Positions 1 to 8,831 are shown, counted from the stretch's first letter. The stretch: 24,000 nucleotides of DNA from Derxia gummosa DSM 723 (GCF_000482785.1 NZ_AXWS01000013.1:205708-229707), one strand, 5' to 3'. Notes: a model not told the origin generated them from the letters alone. Translations and numbers: made by a program.

Positions 1-511
1 TCCTCACGAACGCCTCATGACTCCCGCCCATGTCGGGATGCAGCTTCTGCGCGAGCTTGCGGAAGGCGGTCTTGATCTTCGAGGCGTCGAGTTCCTCGTC
101 GGCGGGCAGGTTGAGCGCCTCGCGGTGGCCGCTTTCATCGAAATGCCCGCCGCCGCGGCCCCAGTCGTCGTCACCGAAGCCGTCAAAGCCGCCGAAGCGC
201 TCGTTGTACTCGCGCTCCATGCGCTCGCGCTGCGCCCGGCGCTGCTCGAAAGCCTCGCGGCGCAGCTCGACCTGATCGTCCTGCCAGCGCTGGCGCGACA
301 TGACGATGCAGGCCGCGAAGGCGATGCGGCCGGTGGTTTCCAGCTCGTCGAGGCTGAAGGGGCCGACCATGTCGAAGGGCGCGGCGAGCCAGGCGCGGCG
401 GCCGTCGGCGCCGGCCTCGACCGGGCCGAGCTTCGCCATCGTCAGGATGCCGGCGGAGCCGTTCCAGACGACCCATTCATCCATCTCGTGCGGCGGCGGG
501 CTGTCGGGCAT
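1..511 (-). CDS. J-domain (DnaJ-like) protein, C-terminal part cut off by the window edge
   Basis: ATG at 511 on the minus strand, open to position 2. It is absent from the ORF track because it has no stop inside the window. My translation is MPDSPPPHEMDEWVVWNGSAGILTMAKLGP...DASKIKTAFRKLAQKLHPDMGGSHEAFVR, which ends in a J-domain helix II plus the HPD motif. Codon third positions are almost all G/C. Confidence 0.7.
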   Translation of the reverse strand, partial: MPDSPPPHEMDEWVVWNGSAGILTMAKLGPVEAGADGRRAWLAAPFDMVGPFSLDELETTGRIAFAACIVMSRQRWQDDQVELRREAFEQRRAQRERMEREYNERFGGFDGFGDDDWGRGGGHFDESGHREALNLPADEELDASKIKTAFRKLAQKLHPDMGGSHEAFVR

Positions 512-714
512 GGACCGGCTTTCTGGGGGCGGCGGGGCCGCGGATTGGCGGATTTGTCGGGCTCCGGCGCGATTGCGCGGGCGTGCGCGCGGTGCAGCAA
601 GTTGCGCACCCGGCGGCGTGGTGCCGCGTATGCAGACCGATGGCCTGCCCGGCGCGACGGCGGCGACCACACGCACTCGCACACCTCCGCCGCCACCACG
701 GCGTTCCGCCACCC

Positions 715-1146
715 TCAACCCACCAGCGCCGCGATCCCCGCCTCGGCGCAGACCTCGTCCTGCGCCTCGCTGCCGCCCGACACGCCGATCGCGCCCACCA
801 GCTCGCCCTCGACGCGGATCGGCAGCCCGCCGCCGAACATCACGAGGCGCGGCCGCAGCGACAGCCCCTGCCGCACCGCCTCGCCCGCGCCGCCGAGCAC
901 CCGATCCCACTCGCCGGTGGCAAAGCCGAAGCCCGCCGCCGTGTAGGCCTTGTCGATCGCGATCTCGGCCGAATGCAGGAAGGCGCCGTTCATGCGCGCG
1001 AACGCGACCAGCACGCCCGCGCCATCGACCACCGCGATGTTGACCGCGACGCCGAGTTCCGCTGCCTTGCGCATCGCCGCGCCGACCGCCTCGTGGGCCG
1101 CCGTCGCGTCGATGTGGCAGCGGGTGACCGTGATGCCGGCGCTCAT
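715..1146 (-). CDS. GlcG/HbpS-like (DUF336) putative heme-binding protein
   Basis: 143-aa ORF with ..VNIAVVDGAGVLVAFARMNGAFLHSAEIAIDKAYTAAGF...GGLPIRVEGELVGAIGVSGGSEAQDEVCAEAG, typical of the GlcG/DUF336 family. A GGGACGG RBS-like sequence precedes the ATG. Confidence 0.85.
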   Translation of the reverse strand: MSAGITVTRCHIDATAAHEAVGAAMRKAAELGVAVNIAVVDGAGVLVAFARMNGAFLHSAEIAIDKAYTAAGFGFATGEWDRVLGGAGEAVRQGLSLRPRLVMFGGGLPIRVEGELVGAIGVSGGSEAQDEVCAEAGIAALVG

Positions 1147-1186
1147 CGCGCCGTCCCGCCGTGATGCGGGCGGACCGTGGACGCGC

Positions 1187-1624
1187 TCATGACGCCGCCA
1201 CGCCCGCGCCGCTGGCCGCCTTGCGCTGCTCGACCTCGGCCGCGCGGATCACGCTCGCCGGCACGCCGCCGATTGCCCAATCCTCCGCCGCGACGCGATT
1301 GATGCTGCCGCGCACGCGGTTGCGCTCGACGCCCAGCACCTCCACCACCAGATCGGTCATCACCGCCAGCGCGCGCCGGCGCTGATCGGCCGGCCGCTCG
1401 GCCATCATCACCGCGCTGAAATAGGGCGAGCGGCGCCCGGCCGGCTCGTCGGGCTGGCCGCCGATGGCCCAGTGCGCGGCCGCGTGCAGCGTCACGAAGG
1501 CCCGGATGCGATCGACCGGCGATTCGAGTACCTCGGCATAGGCAGCGCTGCCGCGTTCGAGCAGGGTGCGCAGCTGCTCGTCGGAGTACTCGCCTTCGAC
1601 GAGGTGGAACTGGATGAGGGGCAT
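1187..1624 (-). CDS. Tautomerase-superfamily protein, fused tandem 4-oxalocrotonate-tautomerase-like domains (Pro-1)
   Basis: Starts MPLIQFHL (catalytic Pro after Met removal). There are two beta-alpha-beta halves, each ending in WAIGG-x-P (HWAIGGQP and DWAIGGVP). A strong AAGGAGA RBS lies 6 nt upstream of the ATG. Confidence 0.85.
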   Translation of the reverse strand: MPLIQFHLVEGEYSDEQLRTLLERGSAAYAEVLESPVDRIRAFVTLHAAAHWAIGGQPDEPAGRRSPYFSAVMMAERPADQRRRALAVMTDLVVEVLGVERNRVRGSINRVAAEDWAIGGVPASVIRAAEVEQRKAASGAGVAAS

Positions 1625-1689
1625 GTTCTTGTCTCCTTGGAGGCGCGCAAGCGCTTGCAGGCGCCGGCGCGGAGGGGCTTCGGGAGTTG

Positions 1690-2565
1690 TCAGGGCAGAC
1701 CGCGCCGGCGGCCGGAATCGAGCATGAGCGTCGAGCCGGTCATCGCGTCGGCGGCGGGGTCGAGCAGCATCCCGACGGCCCAGGCCACCTGCTCGGGCGT
1801 GGTGAAGGTGCCGGTGGAGGATTCGGCGCGCATCTCGTCAAGCACGTCGTCGAGCGCGATGCCGCGCTGGCGCGCGCGCTCGGTGGCGACGCGGCGCAGG
1901 CGCTCGGTATCGGCTGGCCCCGGCGCGACGAGATGGGCGGTGATGCCGCGCGCGCCGTATACAAGGCTGAGCTGGCGCACGAGGTTGACGAGCGCCGCGT
2001 TGGCGATGCCGGGCGCCGCCGCGTAGGCCGAGGGCTCGAAGCCGTAATGCCCGCCGATCGCGACGATGCGCGCGCCGCGCGCCAGCCGGTCGTCCGCCGC
2101 GCGCACGAGCCTGATCAGCCCGCCGCACTTGAGGTTGACCGCGTCCACCAGCGCCGAGGTCGGCGCGTCGAGGATGCCGCCCGCCACCGCCACGCCCGGC
2201 CCGTGCACGAGCATGCGTACCGGCCGGTCGAGGCTGGCGCGGATCGCGTCGATCGCGGCGTCGTCGCCGATGTCGGCGGCGCAGGCGATCAGCTCGCCGG
2301 CGGCGGCATGGCCGGTGGCCGGGCCGTCCGTGCCGCCGTCGCCGGCCGCGCCCGCCTCGTCGCGCAGCCGCATGCGCAGCTCGTCGAGCGCGCTCGCGCG
2401 CCGGCCGACCGCCACCACGTCGAGGCCCGCGCCGAGCAGCCGCCGCGTGATGGCCGCGCCGAAGGCGCCGCTCGCGCCCACGAGCACGGCCAGTTCGCGC
2501 GCCCTGCCCCGGCCGCAGCCGGCATCCCCGGCCTCGCCGCCCTTCCCGCCTGCAAGCGCTGTCAC
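1690..2565 (-). CDS. Short-chain dehydrogenase/reductase family protein, atypical (no YxxxK)
   Basis: Rossmann motif VLVGASGAFGAAI and C-terminal VAPGPADT, both typical of SDRs. The GTG start at 2565 overlaps the TGA of the upstream dioxygenase (GTGA). The start is uncertain because the N-terminus has a Gly-rich extension. Confidence 0.78.
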   Translation of the reverse strand: MTALAGGKGGEAGDAGCGRGRARELAVLVGASGAFGAAITRRLLGAGLDVVAVGRRASALDELRMRLRDEAGAAGDGGTDGPATGHAAAGELIACAADIGDDAAIDAIRASLDRPVRMLVHGPGVAVAGGILDAPTSALVDAVNLKCGGLIRLVRAADDRLARGARIVAIGGHYGFEPSAYAAAPGIANAALVNLVRQLSLVYGARGITAHLVAPGPADTERLRRVATERARQRGIALDDVLDEMRAESSTGTFTTPEQVAWAVGMLLDPAADAMTGSTLMLDSGRRRGLP

Positions 2566-3494
2566 GTCAGCACCGTCAGGAAGCTCTCGCGCGGCGTGTT
2601 GTCCTGCGAGAAGGTGGCCTTGCCGAGTTCGGACGTGTCCCAGGTGAGCGTGGGCGTGTCGGGGTAGTGCACATAGCCGCCCGAGAACACCTCGTTGCGG
2701 TTGCCCGACGGGTCGAAGAAATAGATCGTCGCGCCGCGCGTCACGCCGTGGCGGTTCGGCCCCACGTCCACCGGGATGCGGTACTTGCCGATCATGTCCG
2801 CCGCATGGATCACGTCATAGGTGCTCTCCAGCAGGAAGGACACATGGTGGAAGCGGCCCGGTTCCGGTTGCAGCACGAAGGCGATGTCGTGTGGCTTGAT
2901 CGAGCAGCTCAGGAACAGCGCGAGCGAGGCCTTGGAGTCGGCATCGATCAGCCGCTCGCTCATGTCGAAGCCGAACACTTCCTGGAACAGCCGCGCCGAC
3001 TCGTCGATGTTCGGCCCGCCGAGCAGCGCATGATCGAGCCGGTTGATTCGGAAGCCCCGGATCACCCCCTCGTCGGGCAGCACGCCGGGATTGAGCAACG
3101 GCAGATGGTTGCCGATCTGCTCCTTGTGCGCATAGAGCTGCATGCGCTGGCCGCTCGGCAGCGTGAATTCGATGCGCCGGCCGCTCTTCGGCATGGCGCC
3201 GGCCGCGATGTGCTTTACCGGCAGACCGAAGTCGCGCACGCGCACGGCCATCTCGTCGAGTACCGCGTCGTCCGACACCTTGAAGGCCACATGGTCGAGG
3301 CCCGGCGTGTCGGCCTCGCGCAGCACGAGGCAGTGATGATCGTGCTCGTCCCAGGCCTTGAGGTAGACGCGACCGTCATCGCCGGTCAGCGTCACCTCCA
3401 GTCCCATCCGCTTGTCGTAATGCTCCAGGGCTGCCTTCATGTCGAGCACGCGCAGGGCGACTTCGCCCAGGCGCAGGAGTCCGCGCATGGCCAT
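2562..3494 (-). CDS. dmpB: Catechol 2,3-dioxygenase (extradiol, type I two-domain)
   Basis: 310 aa, colinear with XylE/DmpB: ..LRVLDMKAALEHY..GRVYLKAWDEHDHHCLVLREAD..HHVSF..IYFFDPSGNRNEVF...FLTVLT at the C-terminus. A GAGGAGA RBS is present. Confidence 0.95.
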   Translation of the reverse strand: MAMRGLLRLGEVALRVLDMKAALEHYDKRMGLEVTLTGDDGRVYLKAWDEHDHHCLVLREADTPGLDHVAFKVSDDAVLDEMAVRVRDFGLPVKHIAAGAMPKSGRRIEFTLPSGQRMQLYAHKEQIGNHLPLLNPGVLPDEGVIRGFRINRLDHALLGGPNIDESARLFQEVFGFDMSERLIDADSKASLALFLSCSIKPHDIAFVLQPEPGRFHHVSFLLESTYDVIHAADMIGKYRIPVDVGPNRHGVTRGATIYFFDPSGNRNEVFSGGYVHYPDTPTLTWDTSELGKATFSQDNTPRESFLTVLT

Positions 3495-3589
3495 GACTTT
3501 GTCTCCTCAAGTCAGGTTTGGTGGGTCGGTATGGGTGTTGTTGTGTGTGTGCGGACGGGCATGCGCTCGCACGCCCCGGCCCGCGTTGA

Positions 3590-4648
3590 TCAGGCGTCGG
3601 CGGCGAGCAGACCGCGCGACTTGGCGAGGGTCATGGCGGTGTCCTCGATCATGTCTTCCTGGCCGCCGATCATCTTCTTGTGGCCCAGTTCGACGAGGAT
3701 GTCGCGCGCCGGCACGCCGTAGCGCTCGGCCGCGCGCTTCGCGAACAGCAGGAAGGTCGAGTACACGCCGGCATAGCCGATCGTGAGCGACTCGCGATCG
3801 ACGCGAACCATGCGGTCCATGAGCGGCACGATCACGTCCTCGGCCACGTCCATGACCTTGAACAGGTCCACGCCGGTCTCGATGCCCATGCGGTCGCACA
3901 CGGCGGCGAACACTTCGAGCGGTGTATTGCCCGCGCCCGCGCCGAGGCCGCCGACCGAGCCGTCGATGCGCGACGCGCCGGCCGCGATCGCCGCGATCGA
4001 GTTGGCGATGCCCATGCCGAGGTTGTGATGGCCGTGAAAGCCGATCTCGGTCTCCGGCCGCAGCACCTCGCGCAGCGCCGCGACGCGCGCCGTCACGTCA
4101 TGCGGGAGCATGTAGCCAGCCGAGTCGGTCACGTACACGGTCTGGGCGCCGCAGTCCTCCATGAACTTGCCCTGCTTCGCGATGCCTTCGGGATCGTTCA
4201 GGTGGGCCATCATCAGGAAGCCGGTCGTGTCGAGGCCGAGCTTGCGCGCGTAACCCAGATGCTGCTCGGCCACGTCGGCCTCGGTGCAATGGGTTGCAAC
4301 ATGCACGCTGCCGATGCCGCAATCGACCGCCGACTTCAGCTCACGCATCGTGCCGATGCCGGGCACGAGCAGCACCGACACCTTGGCGCGCTTGAGCTTC
4401 GGCACAACGGCATTCAGGTACTCCTCGTTCGTGTGCCGGCCGAAACCGTAGTTGAGCGTCGAGCCGCCGAGGCCATCGCCGTGCGTGACCTGGATCAGCG
4501 GAATGCCGGCGTCGTCGAGCGCGGTGGCCACGCGCACCATGTCGTCGAGCGACATCTGGTGGCGCTTGGCGTGCATGCCGTCGCGCAGGCACATGTCATG
4601 CAGCAGCACCTTGCGGCCGCGAAGGGGGTTGGCATCGATCGTCGTCAT
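3590..4648 (-). CDS. dmpG: 4-hydroxy-2-oxovalerate aldolase
   Basis: DmpG/MhpE/BphI-like: ..[16 protein letters not shown]..., [29 protein letters not shown]. The ATG at 4648 shares one base with the TGA of the upstream gene (TGATG). A GTG at 4651 is an alternative start. Confidence 0.95.
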   Translation of the reverse strand: MTTIDANPLRGRKVLLHDMCLRDGMHAKRHQMSLDDMVRVATALDDAGIPLIQVTHGDGLGGSTLNYGFGRHTNEEYLNAVVPKLKRAKVSVLLVPGIGTMRELKSAVDCGIGSVHVATHCTEADVAEQHLGYARKLGLDTTGFLMMAHLNDPEGIAKQGKFMEDCGAQTVYVTDSAGYMLPHDVTARVAALREVLRPETEIGFHGHHNLGMGIANSIAAIAAGASRIDGSVGGLGAGAGNTPLEVFAAVCDRMGIETGVDLFKVMDVAEDVIVPLMDRMVRVDRESLTIGYAGVYSTFLLFAKRAAERYGVPARDILVELGHKKMIGGQEDMIEDTAMTLAKSRGLLAADA

Positions 4649-5574
4649 CACGCGGCCTCGGCGAGGGGAACGGGGCGCAGGGTGATCGCGCCCGACAGGA
4701 TTTCTTCGGCGAACATCTCGGCGGTGCGCGTGGCGGCCGCGGTCATGATGTCGAGGTTGCCGGCGTACTTCGGCAGGTAGTCACCGAGGCCCGCGACTTC
4801 GAGGTAGATCGACACTCGCTTCCCGTCGAATACCGGGCCGTTCACGAGGCGGTAGCCGGGCACGTACTTCTGCACCTCGGCCACCATCGCCTGCACCGAG
4901 TCGCGGATGCGGTCGCGGTCGGGCTCGTCGTCGGTGAGGCAGTAGACGGTGTTGCGCATGATCACCGGCGGGTCGGCCGGATTGACCACGGCCATCGCCT
5001 TGCCGCGCCGCGCGCCGCCCACGCGCACGAGCGCGCTCGACGTGGTGAAGGTGAATTCGTCGAGATTCTTTCGCGTGCCGGGGCCGACCGAGCGCGACGA
5101 CAGGCTCGCGATGATCTCGGCATAGTCCACCGGCTGCACGCGGCTCACCGCGAAGGCCATCGGGATCGTGGCCTGGCCGGCGCAGGAGATCATGTTGACG
5201 TTCATCTCGACGCGCGCCGCATGCTCCTTGAGGTTCACGGGCGGGCAGCACAGCGGGCCGATCGCGGCGGGCGTGAGGTCGATCATCATCACGCCGAGCG
5301 CGTTGAGCCGGCGCGAATGCTCGGCATGCACATAGGCCGAGGTGGCGTCGAAGGCGATCTGGATGCCGTCGGCCTCGACATGCTGCAGCAGGCCGTCGAT
5401 GCCGTCGGCCGTGGTCTTGAGGCCCAGCTCGCGGGCGCGGGCCAGCCCCTCGGAGGCGGCGTCGATGCCGATCATCCACACGGGTTCGAGCAGCGGGCTG
5501 CGCCGGATCTTGTAGATCAGATCGGTGCCGATGTTGCCGGAGCCGATAAGGGCGCATCGGATTTTCTTGCTCAT
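4648..5574 (-). CDS. dmpF: Acetaldehyde dehydrogenase (acylating)
   Basis: The internal start [22 protein letters not shown] gives 308 aa colinear with DmpF/MhpF, with the catalytic Cys in [12 protein letters not shown]. An AAGGA RBS lies upstream of the ATG at 5574. The 125-codon upstream extension in the ORF track has no coding character. Confidence 0.95.
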   Translation of the reverse strand: MSKKIRCALIGSGNIGTDLIYKIRRSPLLEPVWMIGIDAASEGLARARELGLKTTADGIDGLLQHVEADGIQIAFDATSAYVHAEHSRRLNALGVMMIDLTPAAIGPLCCPPVNLKEHAARVEMNVNMISCAGQATIPMAFAVSRVQPVDYAEIIASLSSRSVGPGTRKNLDEFTFTTSSALVRVGGARRGKAMAVVNPADPPVIMRNTVYCLTDDEPDRDRIRDSVQAMVAEVQKYVPGYRLVNGPVFDGKRVSIYLEVAGLGDYLPKYAGNLDIMTAAATRTAEMFAEEILSGAITLRPVPLAEAA

Positions 5575-5596
5575 CGGAAGAGTCCTTTGGCGGTGT

Positions 5597-5685
5597 CGCA
5601 TCGGGCCGATGCGAAGGGGATCGATGCGGCAGTCTGTGCAGGGCCGGCTATACCGTCCAATACCTTTGCATCGGTGGTTCGATGC
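5597..5685. repeat. Cluster of GCATCG/CGATGC half-sites in the dmpP-dmpF spacer, including a perfect 17-nt palindrome and a 6-6-6 inverted repeat
   Basis: GCATCG occurs at 5598-5603 and 5668-5673. CGATGC occurs at 5607-5612, 5622-5627 and 5680-5685, and there is one more GCATCG at 5554-5559 inside the first codons of dmpF. The palindrome CGCATCGGGCCGATGCG is at 5597-5613 and GCATCGgtggttCGATGC is at 5668-5685. Confidence 0.5.
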
Positions 5686-5831
5686 GTCACAGGTATGAAT
5701 GACAGCGTGCGTGGACGCGGGGTTTGCAAGCCCTTGCGGGATGCGGTTGCGTCCGGCGCGGGCGGCGGGCCGGCCGCGCCGCGCAGGGCAACGCGGACCG
5801 GCCGCCGCCCGACGCCGCCGGCGCCGCGCCG

Positions 5832-6893
5832 TCAGAGCGAGCGGAACAGCGGGCTGCGCACCAGCGCCGCCGCGTCGGCCGCCGACAGGAACTTCTCGGT
5901 ATGGATGTCGCGCTCGAACAGCCGGCCCTGCATGAGCGTGGCGATGCATGCCTCGATCATCACCGGCGGCCCGCAGAGGTAGGCCTTCAGGCCACGGAAG
6001 TCGTTGCCGAAGCCGGCCTTCGCCACGTCATGCACGAAGCCGCGCGCGCCGGTCCAGCCCGGGTCCGCGCCATCGTCGGACAGCGCGGGCAGATAGCTGA
6101 AGTTGGGATGCTTCTTCGCCAGCGCCTCGAATTCCTCGTGGTAGTACAGCTCGGCCCGCGAACGCGCGCCGTACACCAGCGTGATGTGCTCGCTGCAGCC
6201 GTCCTCCAGCAGGTCGCGGATCATCGAGCGCGGGCTCGACAGCCCCGAGCCGCCCGCGATGAACAGCATCGGCTTCGCCGCCGAGCGCCGCACGAAGAAG
6301 CGCCCGTAAGGCCCGGTGATGCGCACTGCGTCACCCTCGCGCAGGCTGTCATGCACCCAGCCCGTGCCCTTGCCGCCCGGCACGCGGCGGATGTTCAGCT
6401 CGATCTCGCCGCGCGCCGACGGCGGGCTGGCGACGGAGAAGGCGCGCGTCTCGCCGCCGGGGATGTGCAGGTTGACGTACTGCCCGGCCTGGAAGCGCAT
6501 GCCTTCCGCGTCGTCGAGCGCGATCCACACGCCCTTGATCGTCGGCGTGAGGTCGGCGATGCGGCTGACCTGGCCGTCGAAGTCGCGCACCGGCAGCACG
6601 AGGGCGTCGGGCTCCTCGTCGATGTCGGCCTCGATCACGAGGTCGGACTGCGGCATCGCGCAGCAGGCGAGGCACTTGCCGTCCTCGCGCTCGCTGTCCA
6701 TGAGCGCGAAGCTCGACGCCGCGCCGTGCTCCACCTCGCCGTCGGCGACGCTGACCTTGCAGGTCGCGCACAGGCCGTGGCAGCAGGCATGCGGCAGGTA
6801 GATGCCGGCGCGCAGCGCGGCGTCGAGAATGGTCTGGCCCTCGGCGATGTCGATGGTCTGGCCGAGCGGCTCGATCGTGAGTGTGTAGCTCAT
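5832..6893 (-). CDS. dmpP: Phenol hydroxylase reductase component P5 ([2Fe-2S] ferredoxin-FAD/NAD(P) oxidoreductase)
   Basis: The internal start [14 protein letters not shown] gives 353 aa. It has a plant-type cluster motif ([11 protein letters not shown]...LACC), the FAD motif RAFSVAS and the NAD motif [11 protein letters not shown]. Confidence 0.95.
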   Translation of the reverse strand: MSYTLTIEPLGQTIDIAEGQTILDAALRAGIYLPHACCHGLCATCKVSVADGEVEHGAASSFALMDSEREDGKCLACCAMPQSDLVIEADIDEEPDALVLPVRDFDGQVSRIADLTPTIKGVWIALDDAEGMRFQAGQYVNLHIPGGETRAFSVASPPSARGEIELNIRRVPGGKGTGWVHDSLREGDAVRITGPYGRFFVRRSAAKPMLFIAGGSGLSSPRSMIRDLLEDGCSEHITLVYGARSRAELYYHEEFEALAKKHPNFSYLPALSDDGADPGWTGARGFVHDVAKAGFGNDFRGLKAYLCGPPVMIEACIATLMQGRLFERDIHTEKFLSAADAAALVRSPLFRSL

Positions 6894-6906
6894 CGCCCCG
6901 CCCCGC

Positions 6907-7266
6907 TCAGTAGCCCGCGCCCGCGAGGCCTTCGAGGCCGGGCGTGCGCAGCCGCAACAGCGTCTTGTGGCCGAGGCCCAGCTCGGCCAGCGTCGCGTCG
7001 TCGCGCGGCGCGATCGGCTCGCCGGATGCAAGCCATTGCACGGCGCTCCAGTCGATGCGCGCGAAGTCCGGATGCCTGCCCCAGAGCGTCGGCAGCGCCT
7101 GCTCGCGCAGCGCGCCGAAGGTCATCGCGGGTTCGACGCACAGCGTCATCGGCGCATAGAACATGAGGTGGCGGTCCCAGCCCACGAACAGCAGCTGCTT
7201 GCCGTGGAAGTTGGCCGGCGCGTCCTTCTCGACGGGCGTGAAGGCTTCGATCGTCGTGTAGCTCAT
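6907..7266 (-). CDS. dmpO: Phenol hydroxylase component P4 (gamma subunit)
   Basis: 119 aa starting MSYTTIEAFTPVEKDAPANFHGKQLLFVGWDRHLMFYAP, DmpO-like in size and position between P3 and P5. A GGGAGA RBS is present. Confidence 0.9.
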   Translation of the reverse strand: MSYTTIEAFTPVEKDAPANFHGKQLLFVGWDRHLMFYAPMTLCVEPAMTFGALREQALPTLWGRHPDFARIDWSAVQWLASGEPIAPRDDATLAELGLGHKTLLRLRTPGLEGLAGAGY

Positions 7267-7283
7267 CGCATGTCTCCCGTCGT

Positions 7284-8831
7284 TCAGTTGCGCGTGGCCT
7301 GCTCGCGCCAGGCCGCGAAGCTGCGCTGGTCTTCCGAGCCGTCGAAGTCGCCGTTGTCGCGGCCCGGCACGAGGTGCCAGTAGTCCATGACGGCCTTCAT
7401 CGGATTGAAGTCGGCGGCGGTCGGATCGCTGCCCTCGGCAAAGCAGTTGCCCTGGAAGATCTGGTGCGCGGGCAGCCAGGCCTCGACGTACTTCTCGGGT
7501 TCGGCCTCGAAGATGTGCTTGCAGTGGTCGGAGCAGAAGTGATGCTTCATGCCGTGGTAGGTGGTCTCGCGATAGGCGATCTGCGTCGGATCGTCCGGCT
7601 CGGTGAAGAGCATCGGGATCTGGCAGACCTGGCACAGCATCGGGATCGTGCTGTTCTTGAACCGCTCTCCCTTCGCCTCGCACTCGCGCCAGTAGTCGAA
7701 GCGCGGGCGGTAGTACTTGTCGAAGCTGTCCGGATACTTGGCCGAGAGCCAGTCCAGCTCGGCCTCGGTCGGCAGCCATGTATGGAAGTTGCTGATCTCG
7801 GTGGCCGAGTAGAAGGCGCTCCAGGCCTGGTGCGAGATGTGGTCCTTCTCCTTGCGGATCTGCTCGACGCAATCGGGCACCTTGATGCCGTAGCGCGCGA
7901 GGTCGCGGAACAGCGCCATGCCGTTCTCCTCGAAGTACACCTCCCAGGCTTCCTTCCAGCTCATCACGCGCTTGGGCAGCATGTAGTCCATCATCATCGC
8001 CACCACCGACAGGATGCGCACGCCGCGCCAGGTCCACTTGTCGATCCAGCGCTGGACGATCGGCAGGTTGGCCGGATCCTGCTCCAGCATGAACTTGATG
8101 ACTTCAAGGCCGAGCGTCATGTGGCGCGCCTCGTCGCTCTGGGCCGAGAAGCCGAAGGTCATCGCGCCCATGTCGCCGTTGTAGGCCGCGCCCGAGATGA
8201 AGGGCACGAACAGCAGATTGGTCAGCACGTATTCAAACGAGAAGCCGATCGCGATGATGAATTCGAAAGGCCCGGCGGTGCAGGCATCCTCGAAGAAGGA
8301 CTTGGTGACCGACAGGTACCAGAGCCGGTCGTTCATGTGCCGCCAGTCGTGCATGCCGTCGTAGAAGCGGTTGTAGTTCGACAGCGAATGCACCTGGGTC
8401 TGGGCATGGCGGATCTCGTCGATCGCCTGCATCTGGCAGGCCACCTGCGGTCCCACGCCGGCAAAGTGCCGGCCCAGCCGAGCGAAGCCGCGATGCGCGT
8501 TGTATTCAAGCGTGGGCACGGCCGAGATGAAGAGCTTGAGCGCGTTGAGATAGCGCGCGTCGGTCACGCCGAGATGGCCGTTGTTCTGCACGAAGGCGTC
8601 GATGATCGCGTAGAGCTTGCGGTCCTTCTCCGACTGGTACTTCCAGTAGGCGTCCATCGTCAGGCGGAAGGGGTCTTCCCAGCGGTCCCAGTCGTGGATG
8701 CGGATGCCTTCGTATTGCAGCAGCGGGTAGATGTCTTCGGTCTTCTCGTAGCTCGGCGTCCAGCCGAGGTCGCGCGTCATCAGCGCGTACTTTTCCTTGA
8801 GGCCGAGCTTGCGCTTCACCTTCATGTCCAT
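7284..8831 (-). CDS. dmpN: Phenol hydroxylase component P3 (diiron alpha subunit)
   Basis: 515 aa with two ExxH diiron motifs (AIDEIRHAQTQ and SDEARHMTLG) and a C-terminal Cys cluster (CQVCQ...HHFCSDHC). A GAGGAGA RBS is present. Confidence 0.97.
   Translation of the reverse strand: MDMKVKRKLGLKEKYALMTRDLGWTPSYEKTEDIYPLLQYEGIRIHDWDRWEDPFRLTMDAYWKYQSEKDRKLYAIIDAFVQNNGHLGVTDARYLNALKLFISAVPTLEYNAHRGFARLGRHFAGVGPQVACQMQAIDEIRHAQTQVHSLSNYNRFYDGMHDWRHMNDRLWYLSVTKSFFEDACTAGPFEFIIAIGFSFEYVLTNLLFVPFISGAAYNGDMGAMTFGFSAQSDEARHMTLGLEVIKFMLEQDPANLPIVQRWIDKWTWRGVRILSVVAMMMDYMLPKRVMSWKEAWEVYFEENGMALFRDLARYGIKVPDCVEQIRKEKDHISHQAWSAFYSATEISNFHTWLPTEAELDWLSAKYPDSFDKYYRPRFDYWRECEAKGERFKNSTIPMLCQVCQIPMLFTEPDDPTQIAYRETTYHGMKHHFCSDHCKHIFEAEPEKYVEAWLPAHQIFQGNCFAEGSDPTAADFNPMKAVMDYWHLVPGRDNGDFDGSEDQRSFAAWREQATRN

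Noticed and set aside
17-946. 309-aa plus-strand ORF (and 300..1043, 583..1164) spanning the J-domain and GlcG regions
   Set aside because: It runs antisense to two minus-strand genes with recognisable domains. The translation is Arg/Ala/Pro/Gly-rich with no motif. This is a typical high-GC shadow ORF.
1647-1658. 12-nt perfect palindrome GCAAGCGCTTGC between the SDR and tautomerase genes, as a regulatory site related to the CAGCAAGC elements
   Set aside because: It is a single copy inside a 65-bp intra-operon spacer. GCAAGC/GCTTGC fragments are common in this composition. It is an intercistronic hairpin at most, and nothing links it to the sigma-54 control regions.
3535-3552. GT-rich simple tract gtgttgttgtgtgtgtgc in the aldolase-C23O spacer, as a possible slipped-strand phase-variation repeat
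   Set aside because: It has only about four to five GT units plus two GTT units. That is too short for efficient slippage, and it lies outside a -35/-10 spacer or coding frame. It is more likely just AT-enriched spacer before the GAGGAGA RBS.
4648-5949. N-terminal extensions of track ORFs (4648..5949, 5832..7031, 6907..8037, 8862..9368, 10236..10676, 13897..15303, 15343..16668, 18039..19490, 20921..21859, 21699..23249)
   Set aside because: In each case an internal start with an RBS gives a protein of the canonical family length. The extension overlaps the upstream gene or intergenic DNA and translates to Arg/Pro/Ala-rich nonsense.
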